A DNA stretch of 64,000 nt from Kiritimatiellia bacterium (GCA_040767085.1 JAXGPF010000007.1:64001-128000); one strand, 5' to 3'. Positions 28,510 to 39,183 are shown, numbered from the stretch's first letter. Made by a program: numbers and translations. The notes: generated by a model not told the origin, from the letters alone.

Positions 28510-29607
28510 ATGAATACACGCGAAAGGTTCGTTAAAACGCTGCTGGGCGAGAAAGTTGACCGCGTCCCTTTCATGAAAGTCTTCGGCGGGGCCAACGCCA
28601 TCCTGCCCGGCTGGGAAAAGGAATATCCCGGCATCGGGAAGTGCATTGATCAGTTGCTCGAATTTGAAGGCGCCCACCGCGGCTGGGGTGTCACCAAGGT
28701 GAACATGGACCCCGCCAACCTCGGCAAGCCGGTAGTGCTCCAGGAGTCCGGCAACATCAAGGTGCAGCGCCGGGGCGACGGCACCATTGAGCAGGTGCAC
28801 AAGGGCGGCGACTACCGCCGCCATACGCTGGAGTGGCCCGTCAAGGCCATGGCCGACTGGGAGGCCTATAAATCCCGGCATCTCGACCCGGACGATCCGT
28901 CCCGCTTCCCGGCGGACTGGCCCCAGCGCGTCCAGGAATACCAGCGCCGGGATTATCCCCTGCAACTCACCCACCGCGGGGTATATGGTTTCGCGCGCGA
29001 GCGCATGGGAGACGAGAACCTGGCCCTGGCGTTTTACGATGCGCCGGAGCTGGTGCACGCGATCATGGAAGACTACACCGATATAGCCATCCGGATTTGG
29101 GAGAAACAGGTTGCCGATGTTGAATTCGACCTGATCGAGTGCTGGGAGGACATGGCCTCGAAGAATGGCGCGCTGATCTCGCCCCGGATGTTCCGCGAAT
29201 TCATGGCGCCGTGTTACCGGCGCATCGCGGATTTTGCCCGGCAGCACGGCATCAAGGTCATCCTGGTTGATTCGGATGGCCTGGTCGAAGAACTCACCGG
29301 CCTGATGCTCGAAGCCGGTGTGACGGCGCTTTACCCTTACGAGGTCATGGCTGGCAACGATGTCGGACGGGTGCTCAAGCGTTATCCCCAAGTCGGCGTT
29401 ATCGGCGGCTTGCGGAAGGAAGCGATGTACGAGGGGCGGGCGGCGATTGACCGGGAAATGGAGAAGGCGCGGGCATGGATCAAGCAAGGCCGCTACATTC
29501 CCGGCCCGGACCATTTTGTCCTGGAACTGGCCAGTTTCGCCAACTACCGCTATTTCATGGAAAGCCTGCGGGAAGTCATCATGACCACGGAACCAGGCGG
29601 CGCATAA
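28510..29607 (+). CDS. Uroporphyrinogen decarboxylase / MtaA-like family protein
   Basis: MNTRERF, WEDMASKNGALISP, VDSDG, GRYIPGPDH. Confidence 0.85.
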   Translation: MNTRERFVKTLLGEKVDRVPFMKVFGGANAILPGWEKEYPGIGKCIDQLLEFEGAHRGWGVTKVNMDPANLGKPVVLQESGNIKVQRRGDGTIEQVHKGGDYRRHTLEWPVKAMADWEAYKSRHLDPDDPSRFPADWPQRVQEYQRRDYPLQLTHRGVYGFARERMGDENLALAFYDAPELVHAIMEDYTDIAIRIWEKQVADVEFDLIECWEDMASKNGALISPRMFREFMAPCYRRIADFARQHGIKVILVDSDGLVEELTGLMLEAGVTALYPYEVMAGNDVGRVLKRYPQVGVIGGLRKEAMYEGRAAIDREMEKARAWIKQGRYIPGPDHFVLELASFANYRYFMESLREVIMTTEPGGA

Positions 29608-29636
29608 CGACGGCGCGGCCGGGCAAGGAAATTGAC

Positions 29637-30521
29637 ATGTTCATTGACGCGCACCTGCATACCGTCCGGCGCAAGGGATTGCCGCGCAACGCGGCCGGAT
29701 CGAATTTTGCGACGCCGGCGGAACTGATTGTCATGATGGACCGCACCGGCGTGGACAAGGGCATCCTCCTGCCTCAGGCCAGCCCGGAATGCAATTACCA
29801 AGCCTCCACAACTGAAGATATCCTGGAAATCTGCGAGCAATATCCTGGCCGGTTTTACCCGTTCTGCAACGTGGATCCCCGGGCGGGCAAGAATTCCCCG
29901 GACACCGATCTCTCCTTCCACCTGAATTACTACAAAGGCCGCGGCTGCCGGGGCGTGGGCGAAATCACCGCCAACCTTGAATTCGGCGATCCGCTGGTGC
30001 AGAACCTGTTCCGGCACTGCGAACGCTGCGACATGCCGGTGCTGTTTCACATTGCCCCAAAACGCTACGGCTGTTACGGACTGATTGATACCCCCGGCCT
30101 GCCCGGACTCGCGGCATCCCTGGCGGCGTTCCCGAACCTGGCATTCATCGGGCATTCCCAGCCTTTCTGGGCCGAAATCAGCGGCGATGTGGCCGCGGAA
30201 AGCCGCAACACTTATCCCAATGGCCCGGTGGCGCCGGGCGGCGTCCTGCCCGAGCTGATGGAACTATACCCGAACTTGTACTGCGGCTGGGATGCCGGCA
30301 GCGGCTATAACGGCCTCACCCGCGACCCGGAATTCGGCTGGGCCTTCATGGAGCGCTTCAGCGCGCGCATCCTGTTCGGCACGGACATCTGCGACCCGTC
30401 CAACAATCACCGGCATGCGGAATACCTGCGCCAATCGCGCGCCGCCGGCCGCATTTCCGCGGACGCCTTCGAAAACATCAGTTGGCGCACCGTGAATCGC
30501 CTTTTAAAACTCGGATTGTAA
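29637..30521 (+). CDS. Amidohydrolase_2-family protein
   Basis: IDAHLH, PFCNVDPR, GVGE, PVLFH, FIGHS, LFGTD. Confidence 0.88.
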   Translation: MFIDAHLHTVRRKGLPRNAAGSNFATPAELIVMMDRTGVDKGILLPQASPECNYQASTTEDILEICEQYPGRFYPFCNVDPRAGKNSPDTDLSFHLNYYKGRGCRGVGEITANLEFGDPLVQNLFRHCERCDMPVLFHIAPKRYGCYGLIDTPGLPGLAASLAAFPNLAFIGHSQPFWAEISGDVAAESRNTYPNGPVAPGGVLPELMELYPNLYCGWDAGSGYNGLTRDPEFGWAFMERFSARILFGTDICDPSNNHRHAEYLRQSRAAGRISADAFENISWRTVNRLLKLGL

Positions 30522-30542
30522 ATCCGCCCGGGGGAACATGCT

Positions 30543-31541
30543 GTGGACCAGATTAACCTTGACCGCCAACCCGAATTGATCCAGGGCGCCGCCTGCATCG
30601 TCCGCCGCGGCCGGGCCTGGCATCCCGCCCGCATGACTGCGGCGCTGGAAAAGCATTACGGCGATAACCCCGCCCACCTTGCCCGCGCGGTTTGCACGGC
30701 CGGCATCCGCCTGGCCCTGCGGACCGACGCCCCGGAAATCCAGGTCGGCCTCCAATACGCCCGCTCCTGCCGGCCGCTCTCACAGTGTGACGTGTTTATT
30801 GACGGGCAGCCGGCCGCGCCAATCGCGCCCGCGCCGGATGCCGCGGATGTTGCCGCCACCGTACCGCTGCCCGGCGGCGCGCCGCACACCTTGGAAATTT
30901 ACCTGCCGCATTGCCGGGAAGTCTTTATTTCCAGCCTGACCGTCGCCAAGGGCTCTTCCATTGCGCCGCTGCCCCGCCCCCGCACGCGCTGGCTGGCCCT
31001 GGGCGACTCGATCACCCAGGGCATGGCGGCCACCTCCCCCGCCCTGACCTGGACTGCGCGCATCGCCCGGCAGTTGGCATGGGACCTGCATAACCTGGGC
31101 GTGGGCGGCGCCATTCTACAGGCTGAACTGGGTCAATTGGCGCTGGATCTGCCATGGAACATCGTCACCGTGGCTTTTGGTGTCAACGATTTCAACCAGG
31201 ACCGGCCATTGGATGAACTGCAGGCCGAAACGCGCGCGCTCCTGGAAACGCTCCAGCAGCGGCCGCGGGCTGCGATTTACCTTTTGACACCGGTGCCCTG
31301 GGCCGGCCGCACTACGCCCAATAAGCTCAACCTCTACCTGGAAGATTACCGCCAGGCATTGCGGCAGGCCGCCGCCGGCCTGCCCCAGGTGTCAGTCATT
31401 GAAGGCGCGGCGCTGCTGGATGACCGGGAAGACCTGTTCGCCGACAAAGTCCATCCCAACAACGCCGGCATGGCGCAATTCGCCGAACGCCTGGCGGCCG
31501 CAGTGCGGCCGGCCGCAGCGTGCAGCCGCGGCCATTCTTGA
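30543..31541 (+). CDS. SGNH/GDSL hydrolase
   Basis: LGDSITQG, NLGVGG, GVND, DKVHPN. Confidence 0.9.
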   Translation: MDQINLDRQPELIQGAACIVRRGRAWHPARMTAALEKHYGDNPAHLARAVCTAGIRLALRTDAPEIQVGLQYARSCRPLSQCDVFIDGQPAAPIAPAPDAADVAATVPLPGGAPHTLEIYLPHCREVFISSLTVAKGSSIAPLPRPRTRWLALGDSITQGMAATSPALTWTARIARQLAWDLHNLGVGGAILQAELGQLALDLPWNIVTVAFGVNDFNQDRPLDELQAETRALLETLQQRPRAAIYLLTPVPWAGRTTPNKLNLYLEDYRQALRQAAAGLPQVSVIEGAALLDDREDLFADKVHPNNAGMAQFAERLAAAVRPAAACSRGHS

Positions 31542-31634
31542 TTTTACCCGTCGGGCGTTCTACCATGCCGGCCGGCCCCGCGGCCCTGCCGGCCGACGGA
31601 ACGCTGAACATCAAAACTTGAAAGATTGAACAAC

Positions 31635-33200
31635 ATGCTCGACTGTAAAATCATCCACGGCACGATCATTGACGGCGACGGCAATCCGCCCCGTCTGGCG
31701 GATGTTGGCGTTCAAAATGATCGCATCGCCGCCATCGGCCGGCTGGCGGATGCACCCGCTGTCCGGACGTTCGACGCCGCCGGACAATACCTCTGCCCGG
31801 GCTTCATTGACGCCCACTCGCATTCCGACGCCTTCCTGCTGATCGAGCCGGCCGCCCCCAGCAAGCTTTATCAAGGGGTCACCACTGAAGTCACCGGCAA
31901 TTGCGGCGCTTCAGCCGCGCCCATCAAAGAATGGACATACCTGTCTCCCGACTGGAGCAGCATGGACTACCCGCTGGGGCACTGGCAAACATTCGCGGAA
32001 TACATCCGCCTGCTGGAAAAGACCCGTCCGGCGGTGAATGCAGGGTTGTTGGTCGGCCACGGCAAACTACGCCAGTGGGTCATGGGCAACGCCCCCCGCC
32101 CCGCCGTCCCGGCGGAGATTCAAGACATGTGCGCTTTGCTGCGGGAATGCCTGCAGGCCGGCGCCATCGGCATGAGCACCGGCTTGATTTACGCCCCGGG
32201 CCGTTTCGCCGAAGACGCCGAAGTGGAGGCGCTGGCGCGGACACTCGCCGCCCATGGCGCCATTTACACCACGCACATGCGCAGCGAAGGCGCCGGACTC
32301 CTGGATTGTATTGACGAAAACATTGCGCTCGCCCGGCGCACCGGCGTGCGCCTGCAGATTTCCCACTTGAAAACTTCCGGCAAGAAACACTGGCATCTGC
32401 TGGACGCGGCCCTGGACAAACTGCGCGCCGCGCGCGCCGAAGGGCTGGAGATCGCCGCCGATCGGTATCCCTACACCGCCGGCCACACGGACCTGGACGT
32501 AATCCTGCCCGCCTGGGCGGCGGGCGGCGGACGCGACGCGATCATGCAGCGCCTGCAGACGCCCGCCGACCGGCAAAGGATTCTAGACGAGTTGCGCGCC
32601 GAACGACCGCCGGCCGATTGGGGACATGTCATCATCGCCGCCACCGCCAATCCCGGCTTCCGCGGACGGCCGCTGCCGGAGATCGCCGCGGCGATGCAAA
32701 CCGATCCGGTGGAGGCCGCAATGCAATTGATCGAAAGCGACCGCCTGCAAACGGGCGCCTTTTTTGCCGGCATGAGCGAGGACAACATGTGGCGCATCCT
32801 GGCCGAGCCCTGGGTGATGCTCGGCACCGATGCTTCCCTCCGCTCGCCCACCGGCCCGCTGGGGGCCAACCATTATCACCCGCGCGCTTACGGCACTTTC
32901 CCGAAATTTCTGAAGGCGGCGCTGGCCGGCCGCACCGTGCCCCTGCCGGAAGCCGTGCGCAAGATCACCTCGCTGCCGGCGCAACATTTCCGCCTGGCAG
33001 GGCGCGGGCGGCTGGCGCCGGGCTGCCTGGCCGACATCACGGCCTTCGATCCGGCGGCGCTGGACGACCCGGCCGACTACCTGCGTCCGCATCAATTCGC
33101 CTGCGGCATCCGGCTGGTGATGGTGAACGGAGCCGTCACGCTCGAGGCCGGCGTGATAACGGCGGAACGCCGCGGGCGGATTCTGGCCCGGCCGTCATAA
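31635..33200 (+). CDS. N-acyl-D-amino-acid deacylase (D-aminoacylase)
   Basis: PGFIDAHSHSD, GVTTEVTGNCG, STGLIYAPG, HMRSE, ISHLK, HPRAYGTFP. Confidence 0.92.
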   Translation: MLDCKIIHGTIIDGDGNPPRLADVGVQNDRIAAIGRLADAPAVRTFDAAGQYLCPGFIDAHSHSDAFLLIEPAAPSKLYQGVTTEVTGNCGASAAPIKEWTYLSPDWSSMDYPLGHWQTFAEYIRLLEKTRPAVNAGLLVGHGKLRQWVMGNAPRPAVPAEIQDMCALLRECLQAGAIGMSTGLIYAPGRFAEDAEVEALARTLAAHGAIYTTHMRSEGAGLLDCIDENIALARRTGVRLQISHLKTSGKKHWHLLDAALDKLRAARAEGLEIAADRYPYTAGHTDLDVILPAWAAGGGRDAIMQRLQTPADRQRILDELRAERPPADWGHVIIAATANPGFRGRPLPEIAAAMQTDPVEAAMQLIESDRLQTGAFFAGMSEDNMWRILAEPWVMLGTDASLRSPTGPLGANHYHPRAYGTFPKFLKAALAGRTVPLPEAVRKITSLPAQHFRLAGRGRLAPGCLADITAFDPAALDDPADYLRPHQFACGIRLVMVNGAVTLEAGVITAERRGRILARPS

Positions 33201-33201
33201 A

Positions 33202-34878
33202 TCAGCCGACCAGCGGCAGCCGGTGGTAACGGGCGCGGCGGCGCATAAACCGTTCCTGGCCTTCACGCTCCAGCATCAGGGCTTCATACTCGTCAAAATT
33301 TACCTCGAACCAGCGCACCTGGCCGTCGCCTTCAAACACCAGCAGGTGCGTGCAGACGCGGTTCAGAAAAAAGCGGTCGTGCGAGATCACCATCGCGCAG
33401 GCGGGAAATGCCAGCAGCGCTTCCTCCAGCACCCGCAAGGTCGCCACATCCAGGTCGTTGGTCGGCTCGTCCAGCAAAAGCAGGTTGCCGCCGGTTTTCA
33501 GGAGTTTGGCCAGATGCACGCGGTTGCGCTCGCCGCCGGACAGCGCCCCGACTTTTTTCTGCTGCTGCGCGCCCCGGAAGTTGAACCGCGCCACGTAAGC
33601 GCGGGCGTTGATCTGCTGGCCGCCCAACTGCAGGATGTCGCTGCCCCCGGTGATTTCCTCAAAAATGGTGTTGCTGCCGTCCAGGGTGTCCCGGTGCTGG
33701 TCCACGTACGAAAGCCTGACCGACGCGCCCAGGTCAATCCGCCCCGCATCCGGTTGTTCCTGCCCGATAATCATGCGGAAGAGCGTGGTCTTGCCGGCGC
33801 CATTCGGCCCCACCACCCCGACGACGGCGCCGCGCGGCAGGGAAAACGTGCAGTTTTGGAGCAACGCCACCTCGCGATAAGCTTTGCAGACTCCGTCAAA
33901 TTCCAGCACGCGCTCGCCCAGTTTGGGCCCGGGCGGAATCTGGATCAGCAAGTCGTCCTGGCGCGCCTGGAACTGCTGTCCGGCTAATTCCTCGTAACGG
34001 TCAATCCGCGCGCGGTTATACTGCCGGCCTCCGGCGGCCTTCCGGATCCAATCCAACTCCCGGGTCAGGATTTTCTGGCGCAGGCTTTCCTGTTTCTCCA
34101 GCAGCCGGAGCCGTTCCGCCTTCTGCTGCAGCCAGGCCGAATAATTCCCCTCGAACGGCAAGCCGCGGCCGTTTTCCAGTTCCAGGATCCACTTGGTAAT
34201 CCGGTCGAGGAAGTAGCGGTCGTGGGTGACGATAATGACCGTGCCGGGATAATCGCGCAGCGCCTGCTCCAGCCATTCCACCGTCTCGGCGTCCAGGTGG
34301 TTGGTCGGTTCGTCGAGCAGCAGGATGTCCGGTTGCTCCAGCAGCGCCTGGCAGAGCGCCACGCGCCGGCGTTCGCCGCCGGATAAGGCGGCGACATCGG
34401 CATCGGGCGGCGGCAGCAGCAAGGCGGCGGAAGCGGTGTCAAGATGGCGGTCCAGGTCCCAGGCATCCAGCGCCTCGATCCGCTCCTGCAAGTCCGCCAG
34501 TTCGTTCATCAATTTTTCCTGCTCGGCGTCCGGCAGGGATGCGCCCAGTTTTTCGGTCACCGCATCGTAGCGCGCCAGCAGTTGCTTGACCGGCTGCACC
34601 GCCTCTTCCAGATTCTCGCGCACATCCTTGGCCGGGTCGAGGCGCGGCTCCTGCGGCACCAGCCGCACGCGCATGCCCTTGGTCAGCCGCGCCTCGCCGA
34701 TGAAACCGTCGTCCAGCCCCGCCATGATGCGCAGCAGGGTGCTCTTGCCGGCGCCATTTTCGCCGACCACGCCGATTTTGGCGCCGTAATAAAACGCCAG
34801 GTTGATATCCTGCAAAACCGTCTTGCCGTTAAACACGCGGCTGACGCCGGACAAGGTCATCGCAAACTGCGGCGGCAT
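33202..34878 (-). CDS. ettA: ABC-F energy-dependent translational throttle protein
   Basis: FYYGAKIGVVGENGAGKSTL, two ABC domains, LSGGERNRVHLAK, ISHDRFFL. Confidence 0.85.
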   Translation of the reverse strand: MPPQFAMTLSGVSRVFNGKTVLQDINLAFYYGAKIGVVGENGAGKSTLLRIMAGLDDGFIGEARLTKGMRVRLVPQEPRLDPAKDVRENLEEAVQPVKQLLARYDAVTEKLGASLPDAEQEKLMNELADLQERIEALDAWDLDRHLDTASAALLLPPPDADVAALSGGERRRVALCQALLEQPDILLLDEPTNHLDAETVEWLEQALRDYPGTVIIVTHDRYFLDRITKWILELENGRGLPFEGNYSAWLQQKAERLRLLEKQESLRQKILTRELDWIRKAAGGRQYNRARIDRYEELAGQQFQARQDDLLIQIPPGPKLGERVLEFDGVCKAYREVALLQNCTFSLPRGAVVGVVGPNGAGKTTLFRMIIGQEQPDAGRIDLGASVRLSYVDQHRDTLDGSNTIFEEITGGSDILQLGGQQINARAYVARFNFRGAQQQKKVGALSGGERNRVHLAKLLKTGGNLLLLDEPTNDLDVATLRVLEEALLAFPACAMVISHDRFFLNRVCTHLLVFEGDGQVRWFEVNFDEYEALMLEREGQERFMRRRARYHRLPLVG

Positions 34879-34893
34879 ATATTGCTCCTCGTA

Positions 34894-35901
34894 TCAAGCC
34901 GGCTCAGCCGGCAATCTCAGGCAGACAGCCCGGGGGACAACCTGCACGTCAAACTCAGCGGCGACGGGCAATTCCTCCCCGTCGTATTGCGCCGATTCCG
35001 GCCGCGAAAGCTGAATCTGAAACCGGCGGCCCTGGATGGTGGCGGCGCAGTGGCTGAGGCGGTCGGCCATTTTCTGAATCTGGCGGGGATGGGTGCGGAA
35101 CGACAACAGGTATTTCGCCAGGTAATCCGTATGGCCCGTGAACAGCACCATTTCCAGCAAACCGTCATTGGCGTAAGCATCCGGACACAGCACGAATTCG
35201 CCGCCGTACACGCGGGTGTTGTTGACCACCAGGTTCAGCAGCGGCCCGCCATACCACAGCCGTCCATCCACATGAATTTCCGCCCGCAGCGGATGATGGC
35301 GCGCCAGGCGGACCAGCGCGCACCAGGTGTACAGCAGGTTGCCCCGGAGCACCCGCCGCACCAATGGGATTTTTTCCAACTCTCGCTTGTGGCGGTTGTG
35401 TTCCCGCAACACCGTTGAATCCAGCCCGATAGTCAGCGCGTCCACCAGGTAAACATCGCCCACCCGGCCCAAATCCAGGGCGTAGTCCGCGCCGTAGCGG
35501 ATGGCCGCCACCGCGCGGCGGATATCGCCGGCCAAAAACGTCTCGCGCACCTTGATATTAAAAGACTTGGCAATGTCATTGCCGGTGCCCAACGGCACGA
35601 GGGCATATGGCGGCAGCGGCGCCCGGCAACCGGATTCTTTCAACCGCATCATGGCATTCAAAACCGACGAGTGGGTGCCGTCGCCGCCTATGCCGACCAC
35701 CGCGGCAAACTGGCCGGCATCATCCCGCTGCAAGCGTTCCGCCACCTGCTGCCCCGCCGGCGGATCGCGGTCGGCCAGCAACTGCCAGGTAATGCCGCAC
35801 CCCTGCATGGCATCGGCGATGCGCGGCCACCGCCGCAAGGCCAGGCCGCCGCCGGCCGCCGGATTCAAGACGCAGAGCACATGTATTTTGCTTCTATCCA
35901 T
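34894..35901 (-). CDS. Diacylglycerol/lipid kinase family protein (YegS-like)
   Basis: NPAAGGG, GGDGT, PLGTGNDIA, YGG, QYDGE. Confidence 0.9.
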   Translation of the reverse strand: MDRSKIHVLCVLNPAAGGGLALRRWPRIADAMQGCGITWQLLADRDPPAGQQVAERLQRDDAGQFAAVVGIGGDGTHSSVLNAMMRLKESGCRAPLPPYALVPLGTGNDIAKSFNIKVRETFLAGDIRRAVAAIRYGADYALDLGRVGDVYLVDALTIGLDSTVLREHNRHKRELEKIPLVRRVLRGNLLYTWCALVRLARHHPLRAEIHVDGRLWYGGPLLNLVVNNTRVYGGEFVLCPDAYANDGLLEMVLFTGHTDYLAKYLLSFRTHPRQIQKMADRLSHCAATIQGRRFQIQLSRPESAQYDGEELPVAAEFDVQVVPRAVCLRLPAEPA

Positions 35902-35970
35902 ACTCGGAGTATGTTAACATGCCGCTTGGATAAAGCCAAGCCTGCCCTGACCGGAACCTGAAATCACGCC

Positions 35971-37491
35971 ATGAATATTGAGAACTTCTGGGAATCATTC
36001 GCACATCCTCCATGGTTGACATGGCTGTTCTTGGAATTCCTGCTGCACCTGGGCATCTTCCTCATGGTGACCTTCCACTGCCTGAAAAGCCGCCGTGAAC
36101 CAACTTCGGCCCTGCTCTGGATGTTCCTGGCCTGGTCCTTCCCCGTCATCGGCCCCCTGCTTTTCATTGTCTTCGGCGTCAACCGCACCGAGCGCAAAGG
36201 CTGGCACAAACACCTGGCGGATTCCAGTCTGCGCGCCGCGCGCCAGGCGCGCGAAGACGCCGCCTTGCCGATGGCCTACTGGCAGGCCGTCCACCAGTCA
36301 TTGGCGGCGGAGCCGGCGGAACCGGTGGCCCGGAAACTGAACAACGTCGCCAACGCCATCCTGCCCGACTACCCCCTGCTGGGCGGCAATGCCATCGAAC
36401 CGCTGGTGGATGGAGATCAAACCTACCCGCGCCTGCGCGCGGCAATCGCGCGCGCCCGGCAGCATATCCATTTCCAAACTTTCATTATCGGCAACGATGC
36501 CATCGGCCGGGAATTCCTGGAATTGCTGGCCGGCCGGGCCGCTGCCGGCGTGACCGTGCGGGTATTGTTCGACCGTTTCGGTTCGACCCATGCCGTGCTG
36601 CACCGCCTCTTCCGCAAATACCGGGGCGTGCCCAACATGCAGATTGTCCCCTGGACCCAGGTTAATGCCCTGAAGCGCCAGTTCCAGTTCAACCTGCGCA
36701 ATCACCGCAAAATCATGATCGTGGACGGCCGGGAAGCGTTCATGGGCGGCATCAACCTGCACGCGGAAAACGTCGCGCGCAAAGGCCGCGCGCCGATCCG
36801 CGACTATCACTTCCAACTGGCCGGGCCGATCATCCAGGAACTGCAATACTCCTTTGTGCGCGATTGGTACTTCATGACCGATGAAGATCCCGAGCGGCTG
36901 CTGCACAGGGACCATTTCCCCCAACTCGCCCCCGCCGGCAAGAGCCTGATCCGGCTGGTCAGCAGCGGGCCGACCCCGGAAGAACACGAAACCGTCGCGA
37001 ACGTTTTTTTCGAATGCCTCTCCGCCGCCCGCCGCCAGGTCTTCGCCGTCACGCCCTACTTCGTGCCCAACGCCGCCATCCTGCACGCTTTCCGCTCGGC
37101 CGCCATGCGCGGCGTGGATGTCCGGCTGCTAGTGCCGATGTTCAACAATCATTTTTATGCCGGCCTGGCCAGCAAGGCTTTTTTCGAGGAATTGCTGGCG
37201 GCGGGCGTCAGAATTTTCCGGCGGCGCCCGCCCTTCATGCATGCAAAGGCGCTGATCGTGGACGATCAGGCCGCCATGGTCGGCAGCGCCAACCTGGACG
37301 TGCGCAGCCTGCGGCTGAATTATGAAACCAACCTGCTGGTGTTCGACGCCGGCTTCGCCAACCGGCTGAAACGCGTGATCCTGGAAGACTTGGCGGCTGC
37401 CGACGAAATTAACCTGACCCAATGGCGCGCCCGGACGACGTCGCAGCGGCTGCTGGAAAATTTCTGCCACCTGCTGGCGCCGATCCTATGA
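35971..37491 (+). CDS. cls: Cardiolipin synthase
   Basis: N-terminal TM helices and two HKD motifs (RNHRKIMIVDG, MHAKALIVDD...GSANLD). Confidence 0.93.
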   Translation: MNIENFWESFAHPPWLTWLFLEFLLHLGIFLMVTFHCLKSRREPTSALLWMFLAWSFPVIGPLLFIVFGVNRTERKGWHKHLADSSLRAARQAREDAALPMAYWQAVHQSLAAEPAEPVARKLNNVANAILPDYPLLGGNAIEPLVDGDQTYPRLRAAIARARQHIHFQTFIIGNDAIGREFLELLAGRAAAGVTVRVLFDRFGSTHAVLHRLFRKYRGVPNMQIVPWTQVNALKRQFQFNLRNHRKIMIVDGREAFMGGINLHAENVARKGRAPIRDYHFQLAGPIIQELQYSFVRDWYFMTDEDPERLLHRDHFPQLAPAGKSLIRLVSSGPTPEEHETVANVFFECLSAARRQVFAVTPYFVPNAAILHAFRSAAMRGVDVRLLVPMFNNHFYAGLASKAFFEELLAAGVRIFRRRPPFMHAKALIVDDQAAMVGSANLDVRSLRLNYETNLLVFDAGFANRLKRVILEDLAAADEINLTQWRARTTSQRLLENFCHLLAPIL

Positions 37492-37501
37492 ACCGGGACG
37501 A

Positions 37502-37819
37502 TCAAACGTCGCATTCCAGGTCCAGCAGGGGCGCATGCTGCTGCGCGCCGTAAACATCCGTCTCCCCCAGCCCGCCGGAAGGCAGCGGCCGGACAATGGT
37601 GGCCTTGATGGCCTTGGCCGGCTGGAACTCCACAATGTTGATGACGCGGTCCTCCGGCACCCGGTACAGCCCGGCAATCAGCCGGGCATTGATCGCCCCG
37701 GCGCGGCAAAACCGCTCGAACATCTCCCAGTCCCGGAAGATGATGTCCAGGGTCAATTCGTAAGGCCCGGAATTCTTACTCCGGATCACCTGGGCGACAT
37801 CATTCAACTTGACTTTCAC
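37502..37819 (-). CDS. DUF4387-domain protein
   Basis: IRSKNSGPYELTLDIIF...DVYGAQQHAPL. Confidence 0.85.
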   Translation of the reverse strand: MKVKLNDVAQVIRSKNSGPYELTLDIIFRDWEMFERFCRAGAINARLIAGLYRVPEDRVINIVEFQPAKAIKATIVRPLPSGGLGETDVYGAQQHAPLLDLECDV

Positions 37820-39183
37820 GCTGCACCTCCCATGGACATGTGCCGGATCGGGAATAATTCCAGCGGGTCACCGACTTCCAGCAGGTGGTAAACGCTGAAG
37901 GCATACACGGGGCCGGCCTTGAAATCCGAGGGGGAATAAGGGAATGCCAGGTTGCCCGCGGTCGCCTTCCGGCCCGGGTAGCCGTAATGCAGCATGGTCG
38001 AGCGGGCCAGGCTGCAGACGGCGTTGGCGCGGTCCTGGTCGGCGGCCACGGCTTCGATGACTATGCCCAATTCATGCCCCGCGGCCGCCGGGTGCGGTTC
38101 CAGCGCCCCCATCACTCCGTTGCGTCCGTATATTTTGAAATCCAGGTAGTAGTCTTCGATGACGCCGCGAAGGTTGTCCGCCACGCGTTCGCGCACCCCG
38201 GCGATGATGCCGTCAATCTCGCGGATCATCACCGGATCGCGGGCGCCGGCGATGGAAACCGTGCGGTAGCCCACCAGCTTGGCGCCCTCCAGCTTGACCC
38301 GGTAAGGCTGCGCGGCCTGGAAACGGCTGCCGCTCACCCGCACCACCCGGTCGGTGACCTGCTCGAAGCTGGCGGCGCGCAAGTCCAGGATGCCGCCCGG
38401 CCCGGGCAGTTCATAGGGGTTGGTTTTTTCGTAAAGCGTATGCGCGGCCACGGACAGCGTGGTGCAGGCCCGCTGGGGGTTGAGCGGCTCCACCTCGAAG
38501 CAATCCCGGCGCAGGATGCCCAGCATGCAGTCATTGCCGCTGCCCGGCGTGGCGGCGATGCAGGCGCACTCCAGGATTTTCCCCAGATGCACCGCCAATC
38601 CCCGGTCAAATCCTTCCCGCACGGGCAGCGCCGCGAACACCGCCGGATCGTAAGCGCGGCCGGCGACGATCACCTGCGCCCCTTCATCCAGCGCGCGGAT
38701 AAACGGCTCGAGCCCCATCTGACCGACAATCCGCACCGTCTGCTCCAATTCCCCGCGGGCCAGATCCGGCGCCGGATGCAGGGGGGTGATCCGGCCCTGG
38801 TCCAAAGCCTGCAGCGCCGCTTCCTTCCCGATTTCGGCTTCAATGGCCGCCATCTTGAACGACCAACGACGCTCGCGCGCCAGTTCGGCCACGATCTCCA
38901 GCGTCCAGGCCAGATGCGGCGCGCCGCCGCTGCCGCCCGCGGACCCGACGATCAACGGGATTCCGGCCTGCAAGGCGCCGTCCAGCATCAAGGCCAGATC
39001 GCGCTTGACCGCGGCGCGGTTGGTAAATGAAACTCCAGCGCCCAGGTAATAGGGCCCCGGGTCGGTGGACCCGGCATCCACGGCGATCAGGTGCGGCCGG
39101 CGGCGCAACCCTGCGCGGAATGATTCCTCCGGGAAACCGTAACCCAGAATGCCGGTGGTGGAAATAATGCGCATCTCATCCAT
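37816..39183 (-). CDS. Acyclic terpene utilisation AtuA-family (DUF1446) protein
   Basis: GILGYGF, DAGSTDPGPYYLG, GRAYDP, GKILEC, HTLYEK, AGNLAFPYSP; 4-bp overlap with DUF4387. Confidence 0.85.
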   Translation of the reverse strand: MDEMRIISTTGILGYGFPEESFRAGLRRRPHLIAVDAGSTDPGPYYLGAGVSFTNRAAVKRDLALMLDGALQAGIPLIVGSAGGSGGAPHLAWTLEIVAELARERRWSFKMAAIEAEIGKEAALQALDQGRITPLHPAPDLARGELEQTVRIVGQMGLEPFIRALDEGAQVIVAGRAYDPAVFAALPVREGFDRGLAVHLGKILECACIAATPGSGNDCMLGILRRDCFEVEPLNPQRACTTLSVAAHTLYEKTNPYELPGPGGILDLRAASFEQVTDRVVRVSGSRFQAAQPYRVKLEGAKLVGYRTVSIAGARDPVMIREIDGIIAGVRERVADNLRGVIEDYYLDFKIYGRNGVMGALEPHPAAAGHELGIVIEAVAADQDRANAVCSLARSTMLHYGYPGRKATAGNLAFPYSPSDFKAGPVYAFSVYHLLEVGDPLELFPIRHMSMGGAA

